Source: the human T2T-CHM13v2.0 reference genome, Homo sapiens. From it: a DNA stretch of 64,000 nt. A program made the translations under genes and the position numbers. Each line of letters opens with the position of its first letter. Position 1 is the first letter of the stretch. Positions 12,853 through 29,800 of the stretch are shown here, one piece after another. The stretch lies in the NCBI RefSeq assembly GCF_009914755.1, contig NC_060925.1; one strand, 5' to 3'. Under the pieces are notes generated by a model. The model searched no databases, was not told the origin of the DNA, and saw only the letters and a list, made by a program, of their open reading frames with translations.

Positions 12853-13280
12853 TGATAGAGACAGGAGACAGCCAAGGGTCCCCAATGAAACCCCACCTTC
12901 AAGCCTAAAGCGGCTTGAAGGCTGAAAAACCGGACTGCTGATCCTGGATGAAGCCTGTCCTTTCAGAAGGCTTCTTTCTGAATAATGCCCACCTGCACAC
13001 TGGGAGAATGGGATGGAGCCTCAGGGAAGTTCATGCCATTTGCAGTGAGGAGGAGCCTGGCCTCTCCAGTTCCTGAGTGGTGTGACCTGGTATTCAATCT
13101 GTAAGGCGCGAGTCCTGCTAGCAGGAATTTCTCTCACTTTGCTGAGAGTTACTTTTCCTTTTTCCTTTTTGCCCAATAAATTCCACTCCTCACCCTTCTA
13201 TGTGCCCATTGAGCCTAATCTATCCTGGTCATGTGACAAGAACCTGATTTTAGCTGAACTAAGGAGAAAGTTCTGCAACA
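12853..13280 (+). mobile_element. LTR27-like (LTR1/27/28 group) ERV1 solo LTR
   Basis: TGATAGAGACAGGAG start, TTTAGCTGAACTAAGGAGAAAGTTCTGCAACA end, TSD TTAA, AATAAA. Confidence 0.8.
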
Positions 13281-14137
13281 TTAATATTATGTGCCTTTAA
13301 TAATCAATAAAAGCCATCAAAAAGAAAAATAGCATCTAGTAGATGATCAGTATAAACATAATCAAACATTCACTAGTCTGTTAGCAAATGATTAAAAGTG
13401 TTTACATTGGTAGACAAATGATAAATTTTCTCTAAAATTTTCTCAGAAAGCTCACAAAATCTGTGGGATCTTGGAAGCCTAGATCCCACATCCCATCATG
13501 GGAAGATGTTTTGTGATCTGAGTCATTTTTCTTTGCAAGATGTTTTGTGTCTGTAGCCTTATTTTGATATTCAGAGACAAATAAAATGCCTAGCTCATAG
13601 TTTCTTTATTAACTGCAATGTCCCACTGCCTAAGGAAAGGATTTAGATAACTTTAACAGATTAGAGTTTATTTTTAGGCCACTTCTGCTTTTTTCTTACT
13701 CTCAAAGTAAAAAGCATTCCCCTTAAATAAACAAGATGAAAAGAGAGTCTTTCTTAACAGTACAAACCCACAGTTGTGCTAGTGTTGGAACTTTAGTAAA
13801 GTTAAAGACTACCTATTTCAACTATTTCTCTCAGTATAGCAGAAGACCAGCAGTTCTGCTGCTTTGACAATTACAGGCAAAGCAAAATGGTGCTGTCTAA
13901 GCAGTACTTACACTTTATCTTCTGGTCTTTCTCCTTTTCCCAAGTCCTGGCTTTCCCTGAGAGAGAGAACTGACAGTGCAGTAATTTAAAGGTTACAAAG
14001 TGAACAAAGGGCTTGAAAGTGCAATTTAACTCTTGACTCTGAGAAACTTAGGAAAATACAGGTTAAAAAATATTTTGGAAACGTTTCAATGTGGCCACTA
14101 GTAGATCTATGACTTCCTCCTAAACCACATAACATAT

Positions 14138-14780
14138 TGGCAAGGATGCGAAGAAAGGGGAACACATACACTGTTGCTACAAATGTAAATTAGCACGATC
14201 ATTAATTCCTCAAAAAACTCCAAATAGAATGACCATATGATCCAGCAATCTCACTACTGGGTATATATCCAAAGGAAAGGAAATCTGTATGTCAAAAAGA
14301 TATCTGCATTCCCATGATTACTGCGGCACTATTCACAAGAGCCAAGACATGCAATCAACCAAAGTGTCCATCAACAGATGAATGTCTAATGAAAACATGG
14401 TGTATACATATATATGTATAACTGTGTGTATACATATGTGTATATATGTGTGTGTCATATATATAATGTATATGTATATGGGGTGGAGCATAGGTGCATA
14501 TGGGGTGGAGCATAGGTATATATGGGGTGGAAAGGAGAAAGAAGCCAGTGTGAGTGTACATTATTACTGCCAAAGGAAACAGGTTTGATTTTTCTGTATA
14601 AGGACAAGAATCCGTGTATTCATAAACTCCATATGGGATAGGACATAGCCACAGGTGAGGTTTATAGATACAAATATATAGCTAGATAGGAGGATTATTG
14701 TTTACTTATGTCAAAATATTATACTGTACCCCATAAATACATACAATTATTATGTGTCAATTAAAAATAATAAAATCAAA
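14138..14780 (+). mobile_element. L1MA-type 3' fragment with interrupting insert and TA/TG low-complexity tract
   Basis: CCATATGATCCAGCAATCTCACTACTGGGTATATATCCAAAGG; CTGTACCCCATAAATACATACAATTATTATGTGTCAATTAAAAATAA. Confidence 0.85.
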
Positions 14781-15094
14781 CACTGCATATAAAGCAAAAT
14801 AAGAAAAATTCTTACACAAAGGAAAAAAATATAAGATGATACAAGAAACACAAATTATGTAAATTAGAGAAATTAATTAAGCTTCCATCCACATCAAAAA
14901 AACTCTCATCTTGAGTTATGATAGAAAATCCAACCTCAGATTGTTTAAAGGAAACATACCTAAAATAAACTGTCCATGATCTATCAAACAAATGTGAAAA
15001 AAATCGAGGTTTACTCTCTTAAATCAGATGAAGAATTTAAGGGAAAATATTAAACAGTTTCTATGGACTAAATAATATAATCCAAATGGATTGA

Positions 15095-15545
15095 GTTGGA
15101 GTTTCCTCAAAAGCTGAGCCTGAGAAAAGAAACCAGGTAGTTAATCTGGGAGGTGATTCTAGGAAACAAAAGTAATGGAACAGAAAAAGTGGGTGAGGAA
15201 GGAGAAAGAAGCCAATGTAATTATGTATTTATTGCTGCCAAGTGAAACAGTGGTTTGATTTGTCCCTATAAGCACAAGAAACAGGAAATTTATTCATTGG
15301 CTCCCAATTGTTATTAGCTGAGAGTTGCCCATAGGGGTTTTATTCCTAAGTACTTCCAAACTGCATGTGTATATGGGCTGAATGGGCTCACACAAGAATC
15401 CTAAGCTTTGAAGAAGTCCCCAAACATAAAGTGAAAGACTTGATGGACGAGCTTAAGGCACACACTGTTAGCCTGAGATAAGATGAAGCCCTCACAAAAC
15501 TGTCCACTACAGCTGCAGCTGGAATTAGAGATAAAGCAAAGAGGA
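15095..15545 (-). mobile_element. ERVL LTR (LTR33/LTR41-like)
   Basis: CAAAAGCTGAGCCTGAGA..TAGTTAATCTGGGAGGTGATTCTAGGAA. Confidence 0.55.
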
Positions 15546-15810
15546 TATTATTCAGAGCAACAGAGAAGTCTGATAGGAGAGGGTTCCCTGAATAGGTGAT
15601 ATATGAGCAGGGACTTAAAGAAACGGAGGAATCGAGTTGTGTGAATATCTAGGGGAAGAAAAACCCAGGCAGAAGGAACACAAGGATGAATTTTTAATGA
15701 TGATGAAAAACCTTTAAAGAGTTTTGAACAGGGGAATGCACTGACTCTCATTTTGAAACAATAATTTTTGCATTTTTGTATAGGTGATGGAGAGAGTGGG
15801 AAAAGAATGG
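15546..15810 (-). mobile_element. L2 fragment
   Basis: CCCTGAATAGGTGATATATGAGCAGGGACTTAAAG..CAGGCAGAAGGAACA..GAGTTTTGAACAGGGGA. Confidence 0.65.
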
Positions 15811-15849
15811 AGGTGAAAAAGAATCATATAGAGAGCCTAAAATAACTAT

Positions 15850-19832
<3,983 letters not shown>

Positions 19833-19882
19833 TTTAACTACTGGAAATAATGTTATTTTAGGAATATTGCTGGATTGAAGAT

Positions 19883-20448
19883 TATGTTACTCAGGGTTCC
19901 TCAGAGAGACAAAACCAATAGGAGAGGGATAGATAGATACACAGATAGATAAGATTTATAAGGGAATTGGCTCAGGTAATCATGTGGAGTCTCAGAAGTC
20001 CCACAAGAGACCATCTGTAAGCTAGAGACCTTGAGGTATGGGTAGACTGGCTAAGTTCAATTCCAACAGCTTCATAACTAAAGGAGCTGTTGGTGTATGT
20101 TCAGCACAAAGCCAAAGGCCTAGAACCTGGGGGGCCACTGGTGTAAGTCTTTAAAGGCCAGACAGCCTGAAGTTCTAATGTCTAAGAGCAGGTGAAGAAG
20201 AGTGTTTCAGCTTCAGGAAAAAGAGAGAAAAAAGAAATCACCTTTCCTCTGACTTTTTGCTCTATTCAGGACCCCAACCTATTGGATGATGCCTACCCAG
20301 CTGAGGGAGGATTATCCCCACTTACTCACCAACTCACATGTCAGTCTTCTCTGGGATATTTTCACAGACACATCCAGAAATAATGCTTTACCAGATCTCT
20401 AGGTATTCCTTAATCCAGTCAAGTTGACACCTAAAATTAATCATCACA
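19883..20448 (-). mobile_element. MLT2B-like 3' LTR of an ERVL provirus
   Basis: Minus strand begins TGTGATGATTAATTTTAGGTGTCAACTTGACTGGATTAAGG, preceded by PPT-like AAGGGATGGACT. Confidence 0.9.
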
Positions 20449-21500
20449 AGTCCATCCCTTATCAACTTGGCACCTATATACATCTCCTTAAGCTATACTT
20501 AATCTCCAAATAAAGACAATAAAGAGGCAATTGGTCTGCCTATCATGATACAATTATCCTGCATACAACAGAAAACACTAATCTCTTTCCCAGAAAAGGA
20601 GGTAAAGTTCTTTGGGTGTTCTTTCTTCTCCTGATATCCCATAACTTAAATACCATGATGTAAAATTAACAATAGCTAAGTACTGATATAAAGCCAATAT
20701 ATCTTATGTTGCACGAAAAAATAGTAAGAGGAATAAAAACAAAGATATTTCCTTAATATATGTATACATAAACACAAACGTAATCTAACAAAACAAGGAG
20801 GAAATATGCATGCCAATTAGTCCTAATTTCTGCAACTGGTCAGAGGGTAGTAGCTGATATTTATAACTACCTTCTTCTACGACCTATTTTGTATTTCCTG
20901 TGTCTTCAACAGGCACCTCAGCTGATTGTGGTTCTTTACTTGCTGGGGCGATGCAAACCTTCATTCCTAAAGGGTCTTGGCCATTCATAGTCTTGCCTGG
21001 ATTAGGTTGTTGTAATTTCCCATTCACCTTAATCACAGGTAATATACCATCTCACACCAGTTAGAATGGCAATCATTAAAAAGTCAGGAAACAACAGGTG
21101 CTGGAGAGGATATGGAGAAATAGGAACACTTTTACAGTGTTGGTGGGACTGTAAACTAGTTCAACCATTGTGGAAGACAGTGTGGTGATTCCTTAATCAC
21201 ACGGTAATAATAAGAGAAACCCTAATGACTATCTTGCATTCTAGACATACTCTTCCTTACCTCCACTGTGGAGTAGTAGTTCAATTTTTGCTTGGTATCC
21301 TAAATCAATCACTGTAACCAACACTGTGACTCTATTCTTAGCCTGTTGACTAAGGCATGAGGAGTCCAAAATGGTCAGGTGGCAGTTTTACCTTCCAGTT
21401 TAATTAACTAATTACTGTATTTAATTAAATAATCATTATATATCCTAGTGGAAGTATTCCCTCTTCAGGAATCAAGACTTCTAGGCCAGCAGAGCACACA
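20449..21500 (-). mobile_element. ERVL internal sequence, 3' end
   Basis: Directly abuts the MLT2 LTR; CCTTAATCACA..GGTAAT..TAAGAGA and TCCACTGTGGAGTAGTAG motifs of HERVL-int. Confidence 0.8.
21044..21193 (+). mobile_element. 150-bp internal L1PA ORF2 fragment without poly-A
   Basis: Only 4 mismatches to 19104-19253; flanked by duplicated CCTTAATCACA(C)GGTAAT. Confidence 0.93.
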
Positions 21501-23251
21501 CTTGTGGAACTGTATTTCCACCTTCCTCCATTCCCCTTGCAGGAAAAAGTTAAGCCAAACACCCCCAGAAGCACTCATGACCACCACAGACACCTGCACT
21601 TCTTACTACAGGAGTATCTAGCAGTCCTAACAGACCCTGAGCCCAACTCAAGGAGCTGCTTGGAGCTCACACAGCTGCATTGCTCTAGAATAGGAGCCAA
21701 TGTTATGCATTTCCCACTCCCTGTGCATGACCCAAGCTGCTACAGCACAGCACTATCTTCAAACTGGAGCCACTAATAGAGTGTGCCCTGCTCTAGAGAC
21801 TCTGCCACTATTCCATCATGTTCACACATGTGGGTGCAGCACCACGACCCTAGCTACTTGAAATCTAGGCCCATTGGAATAGTCCTAACTCTAGTGCCCA
21901 AGCCCATGCAGCCCCCCAAGAAACATGGAGTTCTGCACAACAGAGAAGCCAACTCTGGGCACACTAAAACCCTATGCACACACACAAGCCTAGAAGCCCC
22001 ATCCATGGCAAGTCTGGCACCAGCAAAGCTGCACAACTGTTGCCACAAACTCCTGCACCCTAAGCCACAGAGGCACTTGCAGATATCATCACTGTTATGT
22101 ATAACAGCTGAAGAAACTTCATGAAGACTACACTACTGTGTCCACCCAGAACCAAAGCCAATCCGCCCTACCCAACAATCAATCTAGTACACTTATACCA
22201 GAAAAAGTTTTTCCCTAGGAAAGCTACTCCATAAAATTGCAAGAAGTGACTGTTCCAATAGATGCACAGATATCAAGGTAAGGACACAAGAAATATGAAA
22301 TAACAAGAAAACATGACACCTCCAAAGGAACACAATAATTCTCCACTAACAGACCCCAATGCAAAAGAAATCTATGAAATGAATGAAAAGAAATTCAAAA
22401 TAATATTCTTCAGCAAACTCAGCAAGATACAAGAGAATACAGATAAAGAATTCAATAACAGCAGAAAAACAACTTATAAACTGAATTATAAATTCAACAA
22501 AGCTAGATATTATTTTTTAAAAAAGGAACCAAACAGAAATTGTTGGGCTGAAGAATTTAATAAAAAATACAGTTGAGAACTCAACAACAGATGAGATCAG
22601 GCAGTAGAAAGAGTTCCTGAACTTGAAGACAGGCATTCTGAAATAACCCAGAGTGGGGAAGATGAGAATAAAAAAGAATGAAGGAATACTATGGGAATAA
22701 TGGAATAAAATTAAGCAAATATTTCCATTGTAGCCATTTGATAGGGCGAAGAGATAAATAAAGGTACAGAAAACATATTTGTCAAAATAATAGCCAAAAA
22801 CCTCCCAAGTCTTGGGAAAAATATAGACACCCAGGTCCAGAAAGCTCAAAAATCCTAAATAGATTCTACCCAAAACAATCCTCTTCAAGGTACATTGTAA
22901 CCAAATTATCAAAAGTAAAAGACAATGAGACAATTCTATAAACAGTAAGGGAAAAGCATCAAGTAACATAAAGGGAATCTCCATTAGACTATCAGCAGAT
23001 TTCCCAGCAGAAGCTTTGCAGACCAGAAAGGAATGGACTATATTCAAAGTGTCAGTCAACAACACTATACCCAGCAAAGCCATTCCTCAGAAATGGAGGA
23101 TAAAGAAAGTCCTTCATAGACAAGCAAAAGCTGAGGGAAATTATCATCACTAGAGCCTTACAGAAATGCTTAAAGGAGCACTGCAACTAGAATTAAAAGA
23201 ATAATAATTGTTAACATAAATACACATGACATTATAAAACTCACTAGTAGA

Positions 23252-23532
23252 GGCTGGGCACAGTGGCTCATGCCTGCAATCCCAGCACTTTGAGAGGCCA
23301 AGGCAGGCAGATCACGAGGTCAAGAGTTCGAGACCAGCCTGACCAGCATGGTGAAACCCCGTCTCTACTAAAAATACAAAAAATTAGCTGGGCATGGTGG
23401 CACATGTCTGTAGTCCAAGCTACTCAGGAGAATTGCTTGAACCCAGCAGGCGGAGATTGCAGTGAGCTGAGATCACACCACTGCACTCCAGCCTGGGTGA
23501 CAGAGTGAGACTCGGTCAAAAAAAAAAAAAAA
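23252..23532 (+). mobile_element. AluS (Sg-like)
   Basis: Dimer with poly-A and degenerate TSD AAAACTC..TAGA. Confidence 0.95.
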
Positions 23533-24377
23533 CTCGCGGTTAGAAGTAAATTCATAATCAAAATCAGAATATTCCAAAACTGTACATGTGCTATGTAAAT
23601 ATTTCAAATCCCTAGCATAAAGGCCAAAAGTAAAAACAATAAAAAAGTACTACAATTAGTTGTTAAGTAACTCACAATATACAAAGATGTAAATTAAGGC
23701 AACAAAAATATAAATTGTGGGGTGAGATAATAAAAGTCTAGAGTATTTTTATGCAACCAAAGTTAAGTTATCAGCTTAAAATAGTCTATTAAAACTACAA
23801 TTTTTTCATGTTAGCCCCATGCTAACCACAAAGAAAGAAATTACAGCTAACACACAAACAAAAGTGAGAAAGAAATCAAAGCTTAGCACAACAGAAAACC
23901 ACCATACCACAAAGGTAAACAGAGGAGGAAAAGAACAAAGGATCTACAAATCAACAAGAAAACAATTAATAAAATGGCAGGAGTAAGTCCTTGCCTATCG
24001 GTAATCATCTTATATGTAAATGAATTCAATTCTCCAATTAAAATATATAAACTATATGAATGGATCAAAAATAAGATCCAACCATATGCTGCCTACAAGA
24101 GACTCCACTTTATCTGTAAGTACATGTAGTTATTTACTCTAAACCAAAAATAGATTGTAAGGTCTAATGAATAGAAAGATATTCCATGCAAACTGAACTC
24201 AAAAGTGAGTAGAAGTAGCTATGCTTATGTCAGATTAAAAAATGACCTTACAATCTATTTTTGGTTTACAGTCAAAAATTATTTTAAAACCCCAAAAGGT
24301 CATTATACAATGTTAAAAGGAAAAAACAGGGAAGAGGAAATAACAAGAGAAATAATTCAGGAAGAGGATGTAAGAGT

Positions 24378-24382
<5 letters not shown>

Positions 24383-24422
<40 letters not shown>
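24383..24422. repeat. (AT)n microsatellite
   Basis: Direct reading. Confidence 0.97.
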
Positions 24423-24425
<3 letters not shown>

Positions 24426-24570
24426 CAACATAGGAGTACCCAAATATATAAAGCAAATATTATTAGATCTAAAGGAAGAGATAGACTTCAATACAATAGT
24501 AGGGAACTTCAACAACCCACTTTTAGCAATGAACAGATCATCCAGACAAAACAAACAAACATCATATTTA

Positions 24571-24903
<333 letters not shown>

Positions 24904-25725
24904 TTACAGACATTTACAGAACATTAAATCCAACAGTTGCAGAATTCACCTTCTTCTCAAATGCACATAGAGCATTCTTCGGGATAGATCATATGTTAAG
25001 CCTCAAAGCAAATCTTAATAAATGTAAGAAGATAGGGATCTTATCACATGTGTTTTCTGATCACATTGGTATAAAACTAGAAATCAATAAAAAAGGAACA
25101 TTAGAAATTGTACAAATACATGGAAATTCAACAACATGTTCCTAAATAATCAACAGATTAATAACAATATTAAAAGGGAAATTTTTTAATTTCTTGAGGT
25201 AAACAAAAAAGGAAAAATGACATACCAAAACCTATGGGATACAGCAAAAATAGTTATTAGAGGAGGGTTTATTTCAATAAATGCCTACATCAAAAAAGGA
25301 AAAAGACCTCAATTTAAAAACCTACTGTTGTAGGCCATGATAAAGATTTCATGATGAAAAATTCAAAAGCAATTGCAAAAAAAAAAAAAGCTGACAAGTA
25401 GGAACTAAGTAAACTAAAGAGCTTCTGCACAGCAAAAAGTAAAATAAAAATAAACAGACAGCTTACAGAATGGGAGAAAATATTTGCAAATTCTGCATCT
25501 GACAATGGTCTAATATCCAGAATCTATAAGGAACTTAAATAGATTAACAAGCAGAAAACGAATAACTCCATTTAAAAAATGGATAAATGACATGAACAGA
25601 CACTTCTCAAAAAAAGACATACATGTAACATAAAACCAATAAGGATCCCATTTTTTTCTACAAATGCTTTCATTTTAACAGTAGACATCTCACAAAGCTG
25701 AGAATTCAACTTTAGTTGTAATTCT

Positions 25726-25864
25726 CAGGAAATATACCCTTCATTTACATAGAGCATACACCAAGTAACCAATAGAAACCTCTACAGGGTATTTAAACCC
25801 CAGAAAATTCAGTAATGGCACTCTTGAGCCCCCGTGCTTGGGCCCACTCCCACCCTGTGGAATG
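25726..25864 (+). mobile_element. Isolated 139-bp internal piece of MER61 LTR
   Basis: Aligns to 27191-27329 and 35492-35630; no LTR termini. Confidence 0.9.
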
Positions 25865-26629
<765 letters not shown>

Positions 26630-26670
26630 TTATTAGTCAGGGTTCTTCAGAGAGATAGAACTAATAGGAT

Positions 26671-26694
26671 ATAGATAGATGGATGGATGAATAG

Positions 26695-26743
<49 letters not shown>

Positions 26744-26802
26744 GATAGATAGATAGATAGATAGATAGACACATAGATAGATACACAGTTACATAGATAG
26801 AT
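26671..26802. repeat. (GATA)n tetranucleotide array within MLT2
   Basis: Direct reading. Confidence 0.95.
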
Positions 26803-29800
26803 GAGAGGATTTATTAGAGAAATTGGTTCATGCAATTATGAAAGCTTAGAAGTCCTACAACAGGTTGTCTGTAAGTTGGAGATCCTGAGATGCTGGTGGT
26901 GTGTCTCAGTCAAAGTTCCAAAACCTCAGAGCCAGGGGAGCTGATGGTGTAACTCTCAGCCCAAGGCCCCAAACCTGAGAACACAAGATGTTACTGTGAA
27001 ACCATCCTCACAAAATTAATAAAAAGAAATTGTTAGGATTTTAACAAAGGCAAAAGCTTTGAATAGAAGCATTGCTAAGCATCAACCAGCTTGCCCTATA
27101 GCCCTCTTCTGAGGCAGGAGAATAGGACCTGGAGGCAGGAAACCTAAGGACTTCCTAGAACTAAATCAAATGGAAACACTTCAGCTATGACAGGAAATAT
27201 CCCCTTCATTTACATATAGCATACACCAAGTAACCAATGGAAACCTCTAGAGGGTATTTAAACCCCAGAAAATTCAGTAACAGGATTCTTGAGCCCCCAT
27301 GCTTGGGCCTGCTCCCACCCTGTGGAATGTACTTTTATTTTCAATAAATATTTGCTTCTGTTACTTCATTCTTTCCTTGCTTTGTTTGTACATTTTGTCC
27401 AGTTCTTTGTTCAAGATGCCAAGAACCTGGACACACCTGCACCAGTAACATATTTTGGCAAACCAGCCAGGAGGTTAGCCCAAAGTTTAGGATTTGTTTC
27501 TTTTCATTTTCCTTTCTGCTCCATACAGGGGAATCTCTTACTCTCTCTCTCTTTTCCTTTCAAACTTGGGACCCTTGGTGGGTAGCAGCTAAACACAGAG
27601 GAAATGGCAGGTTTCTGGCCAGGGCCACTCTGAAGGATTATCTTTTCTGCTGGTGGTCCCTGATCCCTACATGTGGCACAGCTTGGGGTGAACTCACACG
27701 TTTCAAGTGATGTAAACCTTTTCTTATGCTAAATTCTTCCCTTAACCAACTCAGTTGGCTAAGGACAAAAGAAACCTACCCAGCCTCCAGTTCCTATCAT
27801 TAGTTCATGGCTATTACTAGTGGAATGGGAAGCATGGGAAAGCATGGCCTTATCAAATTATAAGGATGCTGGAAGTTGAGGCCTTCATCCAGGGGCAAAA
27901 GGAAAGCTCATAGTAGGCCATTGCCTCTGGAGGGAAAGTGGCACTGGTGCCCACCAAAGGTCAGACTGGACCCCAAAGGGGGATACCCTGGGGCATCCTC
28001 CAGACCTCAACCTTTCCAAAGGGGATGCCCTCAGCAGAGGTTCTGTGGTCTCTTACTAAGCCCTTCTTAGAATTTTCTCTCACAGTTGCAATACTGTTTG
28101 GCTCCAATATTGTTTGGAATCTGGAGTTTGCTGTTGAGTGAGAAAGTCGGATGGAGTTGCATGTATTCAGACTTTTGTGCTGCTGTTCTCAGCAGGGAAC
28201 ATGGTTAATGTGTGACGCTCTCCTTTGGTGCTGTTTGGTTCCAGTGTTCTTTGGAGTCTGGGGAGGTTTGTCCTTTAAAAATAAAACTGCCATGGAAACT
28301 GCTTTATGAAATTTTGATTCACAGCCTTCATTGCATTATCTATTGGGACAAAGTAATACCAGCAAAACTGTATTGCTAACTCATGGCTAGGATTCCAAGG
28401 TAAAAGCTATTGAATCTTCATTTGTGTGTGTATATACATGTCTAGATGTGTTTATTTATATGCACACTTATTGTTTTATGTTGTGTCTACTGAATTGGCT
28501 TATAAGTAAGAGTGCTCATGAATTAAGTAAATCAATCTAAGCAATTTTCAAGTTCACATGACTTAAGTGTAACTTTACTAAACAAGCTGATTTTAAAAAT
28601 GATTGGTAAAATAAAAATGGAAATGCTTTCAGAATTGTCAGCACACATTTTTGTCTGGATTTTATGTTTGTCTCTACTAGATATTTTAAGATGTCACGGT
28701 TTGGCATAGAAGGTTATAAAACTACAAACCCAGACAAAACAAAATGATCTTGGTTTGCATGCCTCTTTTTGACAAATAAGAATAATTTAATGTTAGCTAA
28801 ATCTTCTGAGTTACTGGCAAAATTACCTATGTATTTAACTTTGAGACTGTTACTTAGGTTTAGGTGAGCACCTGATGTTCACTGGCTATTAAAAACATGG
28901 TTAACAAGGAAATAACTAACTTTCAATTATAGTGTCTAATGTCTCAGTTTACAGAAGTAATCTAGATAAATTGTTTAAAGTGAAAGAATTGAGTACAGTG
29001 AATGGAACAAATATTGTAGGCAAACTTTTTGTGTAAATTAAAATCTTAAAATTATTTCTGATGCTCATTTAATATCTGGATCTTTCCAATTAAAAAAGTT
29101 ATGATATGAGGAAATATGTTTCTAAAAATTGTGGAATTGTTCTTATCTATAAATGCCCACATGTGACAGTTCGGGACTTCTGGCTTCTTATGGTTTCGCT
29201 AAAGTTTTAGGTTACTAAGGATCAGAATTCTAGTTAATAGGTAATTCTGTATACAAAATGTGTCAGAAAGTGTTGTGTTATTAGTGAGAAAAAGAATACT
29301 TTTGCCTAACTGAGTAGTTATCTAAAAGTTAGTTCAAATTACAGATTTGAAAAGGTTATTTTTGAAACAATGTATTAAGGGACCAGTAAGTAGGGGAGGA
29401 CAATGTGGAAAAGTTTAGATAATAAAATATTCCTTAAAACCTGACAGAGAATTGAATATATTTGCTTAATTAACATTTTCATAGTTAAAGCTTTTAGTCT
29501 TGATTAAAGTAAAATGAGAAATATTATAAAGAAATGCATTGGCAGTTTGGCAATCCTTTTTTTAAACATAGTTAAGCATGAAGCCAGATTTAGTGTGGAG
29601 CCAAATTTCACATACACGTTTGCATTGCTTTACACTATGTTTACAGTTTTGTGTGGATAGTGCTGGCACCTGAGTGCTTATTGGTCATGTGCCTACAGTG
29701 AATTTCTTGATTGTACAAGATGTATGGTAATATTGGTAGGCTTAAGGCTATTGAATTGTGTATCAGGAATAAAACATTCACTGTGTGGATTTTTGGGGGC

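Noticed and set aside
27205-27235. p53 response element known from some MER61 LTRs
   Set aside because: The first half-site core reads CATA rather than CWWG in both LTRs
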